Assembly (NCBI GenBank): GCA_964384965.1
Contig: CAYLLR010000001.1
Coordinates: 2,568-66,567, forward strand
Reading direction: 5' to 3'
Source of the DNA: Candidatus Woesearchaeota archaeon
GTDB taxonomy: Archaea; Nanobdellota; Nanobdellia; Pacearchaeales; GW2011-AR1
DNA: 64,000 bases
A model generated the notes under the pieces. It was not told the DNA's origin. It did not search any database and saw nothing but the letters and a program-made list of their open reading frames with translations. Positions 40,182 through 50,294 of this stretch are shown here, one piece after another; position 1 is the stretch's first letter, and the number at the start of each line of letters is the position of its first letter. The position numbers were made by a program, and so were the translations under genes.

Positions 40182-40844
40182 ATGTGGTATTTGAAATTTA
40201 AATATAAGCATAGTGATTGTATTTATGCTCCAGAGTTGAAAAGGTTGAATTTGAATGGATTTTTTCATTATCTTGGAGAATACAAAAAAGGAAGGCACAT
40301 TTATACTTCTTCAATACAACATTTAATTGGAGATGAAAAGAATATTAAGAAGTATTTTAGATATCTGAAAAATCACAAAAAAATTGTTAATTATGAAATT
40401 TATGGAAATGTAATTATCACTCTGGCAAAACATAAAAAAGAACTAAAAGTTTATGGACAGGTTTACAATCCTCTCTTTATTTATCCTTCTCCAGCTTATT
40501 TGAGTAAAGAGGGGTTTGAAATAATTGAAGTTGCTTCTTGGGATAGAAAAGAGATTGAAACCCTCGTTAATGGTATAGAAAAAACAAAAACAACAGAATA
40601 TTTCAAAATACTTAGTTTTAAGAAAGGAAAAGTAGAAGATATTTACATTTCCAGACTTCTTCCAAAACTTCCAAAAAAACAGGAAGAAGCTTTGAGGTAT
40701 GCATTTATAAAAGGATATTATAACTTTCCAAGAAAAATTAGTTTGGATCAATTATCAAAAATATTAAAAGTATCAAAATCCACTTTCAGAGAAAATTTAC
40801 GAAAAGCTGAAGCCAAGATTATTCCAAAATTAATTCTTGAGTAA
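40182..40844 (+). CDS. HTH_10 (bacterio-opsin-activator-type) DNA-binding protein.
   Basis: C-terminal KGYYNFPRKISLDQLSKILKVSKSTFRENLRKAEAKI matches the GYFD.PR...L.ELA..LGIS.ST..E.LR.AE.K pattern. Confidence 0.55.
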   Translation: MWYLKFKYKHSDCIYAPELKRLNLNGFFHYLGEYKKGRHIYTSSIQHLIGDEKNIKKYFRYLKNHKKIVNYEIYGNVIITLAKHKKELKVYGQVYNPLFIYPSPAYLSKEGFEIIEVASWDRKEIETLVNGIEKTKTTEYFKILSFKKGKVEDIYISRLLPKLPKKQEEALRYAFIKGYYNFPRKISLDQLSKILKVSKSTFRENLRKAEAKIIPKLILE

Positions 40845-40936
40845 TTATTCAAGATACCCTTTTATATAAGGGTAAAAATTTAAGTTCTTTATTTTTATAA
40901 TTCTATTGTGGTAAAAAACTATATTGGGAGCTAAAA

Positions 40937-41359
40937 ATGAAAAAAGAAATCAAAGTCAAAAAAGATGAAGTAATTGACATAAAAACAGCTGTAGGGGTTT
41001 GGAGAGAGATGGGATTAAATTTCGATCAAAGAGTTAATCTACTTGAAAAGGTTCTTGAGAAAATGATTCCAAGAATCGAAAAAGAAATTTCTGAGAAAGA
41101 ACCAATTTATAATAATAATCTTGAAATTAGAAAAAAATTTTCTGATGATTATAAAATTCAGGATTTTATCCCTTTTTATTGGGGAATGCGCTTCCACAAA
41201 GAAAGAAATAAAAAAAAGCAAAAAGAAGATTGGTTTTTTTATAAAAAATCAAATGAAGAATTTCTTCCAAGGATGCTTGACAAGGTATATAATGCTTACC
41301 ACTTTCTTAGTTTTTATGTTCCTTCAGTAATTGGAATTATGGAATATTTTAATAAGTAA
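40937..41359 (+). CDS. Hypothetical protein (cassette cargo).
   Basis: ORF only. Confidence 0.3.
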   Translation: MKKEIKVKKDEVIDIKTAVGVWREMGLNFDQRVNLLEKVLEKMIPRIEKEISEKEPIYNNNLEIRKKFSDDYKIQDFIPFYWGMRFHKERNKKKQKEDWFFYKKSNEEFLPRMLDKVYNAYHFLSFYVPSVIGIMEYFNK

Positions 41360-41536
41360 TTTTTGAATGCAAAAAATGAAACTTAATAATTTAAAAGGCA
41401 GATATCTATTAAATAAAGTAGTACTTTACTCTCTAATTCCTTCCTTAAATCTTTTTGGTGCACATAACTTAGCAAAAGAAGAATTTGAGTCTTTAGAAAA
41501 TTTTGAAAAACTTATTTGAATAAATCTTTTTCTAGT

Positions 41537-41579
41537 TTAATTTTTGGCATAAACATATGAAATTTGGTTCATATTTAAA
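41537..41579. repeat. 43-bp perfect direct repeat, copy 2. It encodes a truncated duplicate sufB start (MFMPKIKLEKDLFK*).
   Basis: Identical to 40080..40122. Confidence 0.85.
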
Positions 41580-41603
41580 TGTTGTGAGTTATTAAAAACA
41601 ATT

Positions 41604-42065
41604 TTAAACATTATAAGTTTCCGAAAAAAAATCATGTCCTATTTCAAAATTTTTTGTTATGGGAGTCATTGTTTCTAAAATGTCCTTTATATATTTTAGG
41701 GAATTGTCAAATTTTAATATATCTTGGATTTGGAGTTCTTCATTTTTTTTATAAAGATTAAAAGAAGGGTTATTTAAGTAAGGATTAACTCCTTGCAAGA
41801 TAATTCTTGATAAACCTTTATAATTTCCATGATATTGTTTCCTAATTCCTCCATTAAAAAGATCCGATTCAGTTTTTGGGTCTCCAAATAATTCAGTTAT
41901 ATAAATAAAATCTTCCTTATTTGGTTCATCTATTCTGAAATGAAAAAGGGGAGTATATTTTTCAAAATGCCCCACTATTTTTAATCTTGAAATTCCTTCT
42001 TCATGGAATCGATTACAAATTTCTTCAATAAAATATTTTCTTATTTTAGGGGTTAATAAAGTCAT
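41604..42065 (-). CDS. Hypothetical protein.
   Basis: ORF only. Confidence 0.3.
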   Translation of the reverse strand: MTLLTPKIRKYFIEEICNRFHEEGISRLKIVGHFEKYTPLFHFRIDEPNKEDFIYITELFGDPKTESDLFNGGIRKQYHGNYKGLSRIILQGVNPYLNNPSFNLYKKNEELQIQDILKFDNSLKYIKDILETMTPITKNFEIGHDFFSETYNV

Positions 42066-42147
42066 TATTTCGGAGAGATTATTAATTATATAAAGATTAT
42101 TGTTTTGAAGTTTTTAGTATAAGAGGGGTTTGAATAAGAGGGAAATA

Positions 42148-42777
42148 TCAAATCTTCCCAACTAAATTTAATCCGGGTTTAAGAGTTTTTTTCCCTGGTT
42201 TCCAATTTGCTGGACAAACTTCTCCGCCGTGTTCTTCTACAAATTTTGCGGCTTCAAGTTTTCTGAAGAGTTCATCAGCACTTCTTCCAATTGAATTGTC
42301 GTGGATTTCATAGGCCTTCAAAATTCCATTGGGGTCTATTAGGAACGTTCCTCTAAGGGCAACTCCTTCGCCCGGGATTAAAACCCTATATTTCGTAGAA
42401 ATTTCGTGGGTTGGATCAGCCACCATGGGAAATTTTATCTTTTTTATCGTCTCCGAATTATCGTGCCACGCTTTATGAACAAAAACCGTGTCCGTCGAAA
42501 TACTTAAAACTTCAGCACCAATTTCTTTGAATTTTTCGTACTTTTCGGCCATTTCACCAAGTTCAGTTGGACAAACGAATGTAAAATCGGCAGGATAAAA
42601 AAATAGAATTACCCATTTTCCTTTGTAGTTTTCTAAAGAAATTTTTTTAATCTTTTCTTCATAGAATGCTTCAGCCATAAATTTTGGGGCTGGGCTATTT
42701 ATTGCCAAGAAATTTTCTTTATGATTTGTTTTTTCATCCATTTTCATTTCCTCTTTCAAATATGAAATATTTTTCAT
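42148..42777 (-). CDS. Peroxiredoxin (AhpC/TSA family).
   Basis: FTFVCPTE peroxidatic Cys motif plus the conserved W/HDNS fold blocks. Confidence 0.9.
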   Translation of the reverse strand: MKNISYLKEEMKMDEKTNHKENFLAINSPAPKFMAEAFYEEKIKKISLENYKGKWVILFFYPADFTFVCPTELGEMAEKYEKFKEIGAEVLSISTDTVFVHKAWHDNSETIKKIKFPMVADPTHEISTKYRVLIPGEGVALRGTFLIDPNGILKAYEIHDNSIGRSADELFRKLEAAKFVEEHGGEVCPANWKPGKKTLKPGLNLVGKI

Positions 42778-42965
42778 ATATAAATCTTTTGGAAGATTTT
42801 ATTTTCAAAAAATTAAACCGATTATTTCAAGAAATGTTCTTTAATAAATGGAACTATTTTCAAAATAATTCCTTTAATTATCTTTCTGAGGCTTTGCGTA
42901 TCTTTTAACTCCTCCCCAAAAATCTTTATAAATCCCTTTCTCTTCATTGAAAAAAGGAAAAGAGG

Positions 42966-45587
42966 ATGAAAAATAAACAAATTTTTTTGCTGGCTTTGGT
43001 AATTTTTATTGTACCATTTGTTTCGGCTTCCTATACTTTATTTAACCATACTCTTCAAGACCAATATTCTAAGGGTTCATTTATTTCCGGCAATCTTGAT
43101 ATTTCATTTCAAAATGAACCAATTAATTCCGTATTTACCGACTCATTCCAAAATAAAGTGACTCTCCAAGACCTTATCATAAATTCAAAGGATTATTCTT
43201 ATGTTTGTGAATATCCAAATTGTGAGTCGAAATTTAAAGAGGTTAATCTCGCAAATCTTTTCTCGTTTAATTTGAATAAGGGGGAAGAAGCGTTTTATGG
43301 GATTGTTTTTGATCAAAATTTGACGAAGATAAACTCAATGAGTTTTGATTTAGAAAGTGATGCAAAAGAATCACCTACAAGTCAAATTTCAGTTGATTTT
43401 TTAAATGACGGGGTTATAGATTTGGAAAATACTAAAGTTGGAAATAAAGTTTCAGAGAATAAAAATTTTGGTTGTTTTAATTCTTCAAAAAAACAAACAG
43501 AACTATTTCTTACTTCTACACCATATTGTCAAGAAGTTTTTCTTAATGAATCTCCGGGAGCCAGGATTGGGGCGTGGGTGAAGGAAGTTACGGCGAGTCC
43601 GGTAAACATATCGATGACTCTTTTTGATGGAACGGGGGATTTGGTTGGGGGTTGTTTGCTTTCAAAAAATTATATAACAGGAGAAGGAAATGTAACTTTT
43701 TGTGATATTAATAAACCAATAAAAAATGAAAATTATTATGTTTGCATCGGAGTTGACGGGGCGGGAGAAGGAAATTACAAAACGAGAGGGCATTCTCAGA
43801 AAAATAATTGTGGATTTCAAGGCACACCCATAAAATCACCAGTTTATTCATATCAAATAGGTGCTATTCAAAAATATTTTGGAAATGTTGGAACCCTAAC
43901 TATTTCAAATGCCCTCCCAAATGGTAAAAATCTCTCCAAAATGGTTGAAGATTATATCTTTTCAAAATATGGGGGTTTGGATTGTTCATTGAATAAATGT
44001 TACATTCCAATAAGGATTATTTCGTCGATGAATCAATCCATTCTACTAAAGAATTTGAATGTAAATTATGATTTTGTGGGAGGGTCCGTAGCAATTAATG
44101 AATTTTCTAAGTTTGAAGAAGATTCCTCTAAAATTAACGCGTCACGAGGGAAACTTTCTTTTGGGCAATTTTTTAAGCTCCCGAATGAGGAAAAAAATTT
44201 GTCATATAAATTATATTATAAAGGGAAAAAACTTTTTAGCGAAAAAATTTCAATAAAAGATTTTAAAATAAATCTTTATCCGAAAAAGGTTGCAGTTAGT
44301 TTTCCCTCTAACTTTTTTTTATATCTTCCGAAAGAATTAAATCCCTCTGTTTATAAGTGGGATTTTGGAGATGGTCAATTTAAAATTACTTCCGAACCAA
44401 ATGTAAAACATACTTATCTTTCTAAAGGGGATTTCACCCTTAAACTAATTATTTTAACAAAGGTGGGAAAAATTTCAAAAGTTTTTAACATTAAAGTCGG
44501 CTCGGCCAAGGAGATTTTGAAGTCAGAGATTGAGAAGAGAAAAAAAACTCTCAAAGAATTTGAAAAATTTGTTGCAAATTTGGATGATTTTGAGAAATCT
44601 CAAGTTGAAAAAGTAGTGGATCTCTTTCAACTAAGGAAAAATTTATCCCTAATTGAAGGTAGAGAAAAGATTGCAATTTCGGATGAAGATTATAATAAAA
44701 TAATTTCTGAATTTTTGAGTTTGCGTTTTCCTTCTTATCTTCAAAATGTAAAAATTTCAAAATCTTTCATAAATCCTTTAAATAGTGAAATTAACCTTGA
44801 GCCTCTTAAGGCTTTGTCTAAAAGAAAATATAATGACTCAAAGAAAACTTATGATTACATAAAATTTTGGAACCTTGAAAATTTAAATACTGATGTTGAG
44901 CAAAATAAAATTTTGATTGGGTGGGAAGATGGAAAAGAATCGGACATTCAAATTTTTGATTTGTCAATAATTCCTTCTAAGGGAATCAATGAAGATTATT
45001 ACCTTTTTGTAAGAGATGTTGGAAATTTGGAGTTTAAAGACAATTCAAGGGTAAAAAAAGTAGAAGGGTATAAATATGTTAAATTGAACGATAGGAAAGA
45101 GAGTTTCACTTTTTCGGTGGAACAAAATTTTCCAATAGAAGATTATCTTTTTATTTCACCATCCAATATAACCATAGTGGATTTTCCAAAAGTTCAAGAA
45201 GCAAAATCAAAAACTTGGATAATTTATCTGGGATTGATTGGGGTATTTTTAATTGGGCTTTTGATTTATTTGATGGTTCAAAGATGGTACAAACTAAAAT
45301 ATGAAAAGTACCTTTTCCCCGATAAAAATCAGTTGTACAATGCAATTATTTATATTAACAATTCAAGGAAGGGAGGTATGGAGGAAGAGGAAATAAGAAA
45401 AAATCTTATAAAAGTTGGATGGAAGAGAGAACAGGTTAGTTATCTTTTGAAAAAATATTCTGGAAAAAGGACCGGAATGGTAGACATATTCGGATTTTTT
45501 AAGAAAAAAGAGACTTTTTCGGACCCTCCAAACCCAGGTAGAAATGTGGAGTTTAAAAGTTCTCAAGATACAAAATTTAATAAATAA
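42966..45587 (+). CDS. Large surface protein with signal peptide, PKD-like domain, C-terminal TM and cytoplasmic tail.
   Basis: MKNKQIFLLALVIFIVPFVSA. WDFGDGQF...KHTY..GDFTLKLII (PKD). TM WIIYLGLIGVFLIGLLIYLMV followed by about 100 aa. Confidence 0.6.
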   Translation: MKNKQIFLLALVIFIVPFVSASYTLFNHTLQDQYSKGSFISGNLDISFQNEPINSVFTDSFQNKVTLQDLIINSKDYSYVCEYPNCESKFKEVNLANLFSFNLNKGEEAFYGIVFDQNLTKINSMSFDLESDAKESPTSQISVDFLNDGVIDLENTKVGNKVSENKNFGCFNSSKKQTELFLTSTPYCQEVFLNESPGARIGAWVKEVTASPVNISMTLFDGTGDLVGGCLLSKNYITGEGNVTFCDINKPIKNENYYVCIGVDGAGEGNYKTRGHSQKNNCGFQGTPIKSPVYSYQIGAIQKYFGNVGTLTISNALPNGKNLSKMVEDYIFSKYGGLDCSLNKCYIPIRIISSMNQSILLKNLNVNYDFVGGSVAINEFSKFEEDSSKINASRGKLSFGQFFKLPNEEKNLSYKLYYKGKKLFSEKISIKDFKINLYPKKVAVSFPSNFFLYLPKELNPSVYKWDFGDGQFKITSEPNVKHTYLSKGDFTLKLIILTKVGKISKVFNIKVGSAKEILKSEIEKRKKTLKEFEKFVANLDDFEKSQVEKVVDLFQLRKNLSLIEGREKIAISDEDYNKIISEFLSLRFPSYLQNVKISKSFINPLNSEINLEPLKALSKRKYNDSKKTYDYIKFWNLENLNTDVEQNKILIGWEDGKESDIQIFDLSIIPSKGINEDYYLFVRDVGNLEFKDNSRVKKVEGYKYVKLNDRKESFTFSVEQNFPIEDYLFISPSNITIVDFPKVQEAKSKTWIIYLGLIGVFLIGLLIYLMVQRWYKLKYEKYLFPDKNQLYNAIIYINNSRKGGMEEEEIRKNLIKVGWKREQVSYLLKKYSGKRTGMVDIFGFFKKKETFSDPPNPGRNVEFKSSQDTKFNK

Positions 45588-45605
45588 GAAAATATAAAGA
45601 TTATA

Positions 45606-46250
45606 ATGGCAATAAAAAGAATGAAAAATTTTTTTAAAAAGGTTTTATCCGGAATTTTTAAGAGTAGGAAAGACATAAAACTTGGTTTTTATGGTCCCCC
45701 AAATGCAGGAAAAACAAGTCTTGCTAATAGAATTTGTAAGGATTTTACTGGAGAAGAGATTGGTTCTGTTTCCAAAATTCCTCACGAGACAAGGAATGTA
45801 CAATTCAAAGAGAAAGTAGAAATAAAATACAAAGGAAAGTCAATGACCTTTAAAATGATTGATACGCCGGGTATTACGACACGTATTGACTATGAAGATT
45901 TTCTTAAATACAAAGTCAAAAAGAAAGAAGCTAAATCGAGGGCAAAAGAAGCGACGCAGGGAATAATAGAGAGCATAAAATGGTTGGATGATATGGATGT
46001 GGTTGTAGTTGTTTTGGACGCGACGGAGAATCCTTATAATCAAGTAAATATTACAATCATTGGGAATCTTGTTGCGAGGAAAATACCGGTTTTAATTGTT
46101 GCAAATAAGTCTGATTTGAAAAAGGCAAGTGTAAAAAAAATAGAAGAGGCTTTTCCTGAGTATGTGGTGGTTGGAATGAGTGCAAAATACGGGACAAATT
46201 TGGAAGATTTTTATGAAGAAATATTTAAATTGGCAAAAAAATCAAAGTAA
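45606..46250 (+). CDS. Small GTP-binding protein (TRAFAC class, Era/MglA-like).
   Basis: G1 GPPNAGKTS, G3 DTPG, G4 NKSD. Confidence 0.7.
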   Translation: MAIKRMKNFFKKVLSGIFKSRKDIKLGFYGPPNAGKTSLANRICKDFTGEEIGSVSKIPHETRNVQFKEKVEIKYKGKSMTFKMIDTPGITTRIDYEDFLKYKVKKKEAKSRAKEATQGIIESIKWLDDMDVVVVVLDATENPYNQVNITIIGNLVARKIPVLIVANKSDLKKASVKKIEEAFPEYVVVGMSAKYGTNLEDFYEEIFKLAKKSK

Positions 46251-46251
46251 A

Positions 46252-46662
46252 ATGGTAATTAAAAAAAGTCGAAGACAAAAAAAAATTCAAGGTTTTTCAA
46301 TAAGGTTTATGCCTTATTCTGAGATAAGGCATTTAAATAGCATGGAGAGAATAAAAAAAATTTTAGATATAACCTTTAAGAATTATATTTTAATTTTGCA
46401 GGGGAGGTTAAGGCCAGAAGAGGAGACAAGGCTTATAGAGGACACAATGGCAATGATTGGTCACGTTAAGAATTTTAGGGGAATTGAGTTGGCAGTTATA
46501 AGTTCTGAGGAGAGGAAAGGGACGATGGATAGATTAAAAACAAGAATAATAAAGAGTTTGTCCGGAGGGGATTTGGGGGCGATTACAATTATTGGTCCGG
46601 CGAGTGTAGTTAAAGAGATTAAAAGGGACCCAAAGAAGATTGAACTACTTTTAAACAAATAA
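46252..46662 (+). CDS. Conserved hypothetical protein apparently translationally coupled to the GTPase; possible GTPase partner. The ORF track starts at 46180.
   Basis: Start 2 nt after the GTPase stop. No motif recognised. Confidence 0.35.
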   Translation: MVIKKSRRQKKIQGFSIRFMPYSEIRHLNSMERIKKILDITFKNYILILQGRLRPEEETRLIEDTMAMIGHVKNFRGIELAVISSEERKGTMDRLKTRIIKSLSGGDLGAITIIGPASVVKEIKRDPKKIELLLNK

Positions 46663-46668
46663 TTTTAA

Positions 46669-47439
46669 TTATTTTTTTGAATATCTTATAAAAAAATTTA
46701 AACATTCCTCAACCGGTTTTTTATATAAAAGACCCCAAGAAAAAGGAGTATTTGAATCTGTGAAAGGGAATTCTTCTTTTTTCCAAAAATTATTCTTTGA
46801 AAAATTAATCTCTAAAGGAGATTCTTGTTTCTCTTTTTTTGCTGGTTTTGAAATAAAAAATAGGAAGTCAGTTGTTTTCCAAGAATCTTTAACAAAAATG
46901 TTTTTTGATACTTTTTTGTATTCCATATTTGAGGGTTGATTATCTTCTTTTTTTAAATCTTCCTTTGAAGTCCAATAATTTTTCCAAATTTCTAATGATG
47001 TTTGGTAAAGTGGCTCCCCTTTTGGTAACTTAAGGCCATTTAGTACACTTCCATCATTGAGGAGAATGTAGCGAATTCCCTTCTCTTTCTTATTAAAGAA
47101 ATAAGTTTTTTTAAATTCTAAGATATAATCTTCATTTGTTTTTAAGAAGAATCCTTTAGTTGACTCGTTATCCAATGAGTTGAGAATATTTATTTTTCTA
47201 TAATTAAAAACATAAATCTCTTTAGATTTTTTTACAATTTCATTTAAGATTTTATCGAGAGTTTTTCCATTAAGGGTGTATTCGAAACTTTTTGGATCAT
47301 AAGGAGAGCCCATAAAATCATCTCTTAGAAAAATAAAGTTTTCTCTTTTTGGAAAGATTTGATTATGCCTTTCGCTATTTAAACTTTTTTTATATTCTTT
47401 AATATCAATTTTTTGTGTTTTGATTTTATTGATTTCCAT
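46669..47439 (-). CDS. Hypothetical protein.
   Basis: ORF only. Confidence 0.3.
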   Translation of the reverse strand: MEINKIKTQKIDIKEYKKSLNSERHNQIFPKRENFIFLRDDFMGSPYDPKSFEYTLNGKTLDKILNEIVKKSKEIYVFNYRKINILNSLDNESTKGFFLKTNEDYILEFKKTYFFNKKEKGIRYILLNDGSVLNGLKLPKGEPLYQTSLEIWKNYWTSKEDLKKEDNQPSNMEYKKVSKNIFVKDSWKTTDFLFFISKPAKKEKQESPLEINFSKNNFWKKEEFPFTDSNTPFSWGLLYKKPVEECLNFFIRYSKK

Positions 47440-47536
47440 TTCCTTGAAATAGTTACGTTTTGTTATTATATAAAATATCTTCTAAAAATTTCCTCCAAAA
47501 CACAAAATATATAAATTAAATTAATTAATTATTGTA

Positions 47537-48496
47537 ATGATAGAAAAATTAGATCTTAAGGATAAAAAGATAATTTTTGAACTTGACAAAAATTCAAGAC
47601 AATCACTCAACCAATTAGCAAAAAAAATTGGGTTAAGTAAAGATGTTGTAAGATATAGAATAAATAAATTGGAGAAAGAAGGGTATCTTCTGGGCTATCA
47701 AACTTTAATAGATTTTACAAAAATAGGTTATCTTGCAATAAGGTTTTCCATAAATTTAATGGGCGCTTCTCCAAAAAAAGAAGAGGAAATCATAGATTTT
47801 CTAAAAAAAAATTCAAAAGTTTTTTTGGTTTCTGAAACAGAGGGAGAATCCAATCTTAGTGTGGGGATTTTGATAAGAGAAATTTTTGAAATAAAATTTT
47901 TTCAAAAAGAATTTGAAAAAAAATTTAAAAAATATATAAAAGAAATAAGGTTAGGAATCTATATAGATTTATTCCATTTTAATCGAGATTATCTTCTTGG
48001 AAAAAAGAGTTTTTCAGACAAAATAATTGAAACTAATTCTGATAAAAAAATAAGTGTTGATAAAAAGGATTTGAAAATTTTAAAAATTCTCTCTAAAAAT
48101 TCAAGAATCTCTATTATGGAAATTGCGAAAATTTTAAAATTAAATGCAAATACTGTCGCATTTAGAATAAAATCTTTAGAAAAGAAAAAAGTAATTTTGG
48201 GGTATAAAATAATTTTTGGTTTTGATAAAATTGGGTATAATTATATAAAAGTGGATTTAAATTTAAGGGATGTTTCGAAAGAAAAAGAAATTTTAAATTT
48301 TTGCAAACTTCAAAAAAACACAATTTATGTTCTTCATGCGATTGGGGGTGCAGATATGGAACTTTTTTTCGAAATAGAAAGTATCGAGAAGTTCCTCCTA
48401 ATTATGAAAGAAATGAGGGAAAAATTTAAAGAGATAATTGAATGGAAGTATACTATCTTCACAAAGTACCATAAATTCAATTATTTTTTTGAATAG
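47537..48496 (+). CDS. Lrp/AsnC-family regulator with internally duplicated (HTH + RAM) x2 architecture.
   Basis: Two copies of the L..LD.KILK.L..NSR.S..E.AK..GLS...V..RI..LE..G.I.GY motif, each followed by a RAM-like segment. Confidence 0.75.
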   Translation: MIEKLDLKDKKIIFELDKNSRQSLNQLAKKIGLSKDVVRYRINKLEKEGYLLGYQTLIDFTKIGYLAIRFSINLMGASPKKEEEIIDFLKKNSKVFLVSETEGESNLSVGILIREIFEIKFFQKEFEKKFKKYIKEIRLGIYIDLFHFNRDYLLGKKSFSDKIIETNSDKKISVDKKDLKILKILSKNSRISIMEIAKILKLNANTVAFRIKSLEKKKVILGYKIIFGFDKIGYNYIKVDLNLRDVSKEKEILNFCKLQKNTIYVLHAIGGADMELFFEIESIEKFLLIMKEMREKFKEIIEWKYTIFTKYHKFNYFFE

Positions 48497-48539
48497 TTCT
48501 TTCCTAAATATTTTTAAGCTTTTATATCCTGGTTTATTT

Positions 48540-48938
48540 ATGCCACATCAATGTGTTAAATGTTCGCGAATAATTCCGGCTGCAAGTAGGGAACTTCTTG
48601 AAGGTTGTTTGAGCTGTGGGAGTAGATTTTTTTTCTATGTTCGGGAAGAGCAATTAGAAAAATTAAAAGGAAAGATAATTAAAATTCCCGAAGAAGATAA
48701 GAAGAAGATAGAAAAAGATGTTAGAATGATTGCAGGAATTGAAAAAGAAGATACCCCTGTTATTTTGGATTTTGAGTCTGTGAGGGTTACGGGAGATGGA
48801 AAATTTGAGCTTGATTTGGTAAATCTGTTTAATAAAAAGAAACCCTTGGTATACAAACTTGAAGAAGGAAAATATTTAATTGATATTGCCAGAACTTTAA
48901 AAGAATCTCCCACGAAAGAAAAACTAAAATTTAATTAA
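48540..48938 (+). CDS. Zinc-ribbon protein. The ORF track starts at 48438; Met at 48540 is preferred.
   Basis: CVKCSRI...CLSCGSRFF. Confidence 0.4.
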   Translation: MPHQCVKCSRIIPAASRELLEGCLSCGSRFFFYVREEQLEKLKGKIIKIPEEDKKKIEKDVRMIAGIEKEDTPVILDFESVRVTGDGKFELDLVNLFNKKKPLVYKLEEGKYLIDIARTLKESPTKEKLKFN

Positions 48939-48978
48939 CTTTAAATAAAATTAAAAAGGGAATTTTCTTAGTTCAGCT

Positions 48979-50259
48979 ATGAAAAAAAAATTAAAAAGTG
49001 TTCTAAAAGAAGTTTTAGATGAAATAAATCCAAAGGAAGAAGATTTAGATTATATGGGGGATTCTCTTAAAGAATTTTTATTTAAAATTAATTCCAGAAT
49101 AAAGAAATTTAAAATTGACGCAGATGTTTTTGTTGGGGGTAGTTTTGCAAAAGGAACTTTGATAAAAAAAGATTTTTATGATATAGATTTATTTTTAAGA
49201 TTTGGAAAGAAACATTCTGAGGAAAATTTTAAAACTTTAATAAAAAAAATTCTTAGGTTTATAGGGAAAGTTTCACTAATTCATGGGTCAAGAGATTATT
49301 TTAAAATAAGGGGAAATTCTTTTTTCTTTTTCGAATTGGTTCCCGTTAAAAGAATAAGGAATCCTCGGGAAGCACGAAATATTACTGATTTAAGTTACTC
49401 GCATGTAAATTATATTAAAAAAAAGGTAAAAAATAAAAATATTTTAGATGAAATAAAATTAGCAAAAGCGTTTTGCTATGCGACGAAAACCTATGGGGCA
49501 GAATCTTATGTTCGGGGGTTTAGTGGTTATGCTCTTGAATTGTTGATTTATTATTATGGGAGTTTCGAGAAATTTTTAAGGGAGCTTTCAAAAAAGAGGG
49601 AAGGAAAGTTGGTGATTGATATTGAAAAGGATTATAGAAAGGGAAATGTTCTTTTGGACATAAACAGCTCAAAACTTGATTCACCAGTTATCTTAATTGA
49701 CCCAACATTCAAAACACGAAATGTTCTCGCTGCACTTTCTGAAGAAACTTTCAGAATTTTTCAAAAAAATGCAAGGGGTTTTCTAAAGAATCCTTCGAAA
49801 AATTATTTTAGACGTAAAAAAATTAATTTTGAAAAAAATGAAGATGGTGCAAAAAAAAGGAATTTGGAATTTTTAAGAATAAAAATTAATACAAAAAGAG
49901 AAAGGGGAGATGTTGCGGGCGCGAAACTTCTTAAATTTTTCAATTTTTTGGGGTTTGAATTAAAAAAATATTTTGATATAAAGAAAAAAGATTTTGAATA
50001 TGAAGTTAATGATTTTGGGGAAGGATATTTTATTTTGAAAAAGAAGGAAAAAATAATTTATAAAGGTCCAAAGTTAGAAGATAAAAAAAATGTTTTAAAG
50101 TTTAAAGAAAAACATAAAAGAACTTTTTCAGATAAAAAAAGAATTTATAGTGAGAAAAAGATAAACTTTTCTGCAAGGAAATTTTTAGAAAATTGGACGA
50201 AAAATAATAAACGAAAAATCAGGGAAATGTCCATAAAAAAAATTGAAATCAATTCGTAG
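48979..50259 (+). CDS. cca: Archaeal class I CCA-adding tRNA nucleotidyltransferase.
   Basis: Pol-beta NTase motif VGGSFAKGTLIKKDFYDIDLFLRF, length 426 aa. Confidence 0.75.
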   Translation: MKKKLKSVLKEVLDEINPKEEDLDYMGDSLKEFLFKINSRIKKFKIDADVFVGGSFAKGTLIKKDFYDIDLFLRFGKKHSEENFKTLIKKILRFIGKVSLIHGSRDYFKIRGNSFFFFELVPVKRIRNPREARNITDLSYSHVNYIKKKVKNKNILDEIKLAKAFCYATKTYGAESYVRGFSGYALELLIYYYGSFEKFLRELSKKREGKLVIDIEKDYRKGNVLLDINSSKLDSPVILIDPTFKTRNVLAALSEETFRIFQKNARGFLKNPSKNYFRRKKINFEKNEDGAKKRNLEFLRIKINTKRERGDVAGAKLLKFFNFLGFELKKYFDIKKKDFEYEVNDFGEGYFILKKKEKIIYKGPKLEDKKNVLKFKEKHKRTFSDKKRIYSEKKINFSARKFLENWTKNNKRKIREMSIKKIEINS

Positions 50260-50294
50260 ATGTTTCCTTGAGGGTTGTTCTATTTCTCCTTGCC

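Larger units (their letters stand above)
40123..41536 (+). mobile_element. Candidate inserted two-gene cassette bounded by the 43-bp direct repeats. No integrase or transposase is present.
   Basis: Direct repeats duplicate the 5' end of sufB. Cargo is an HTH_10 regulator plus a 140-aa ORF. Confidence 0.35.
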
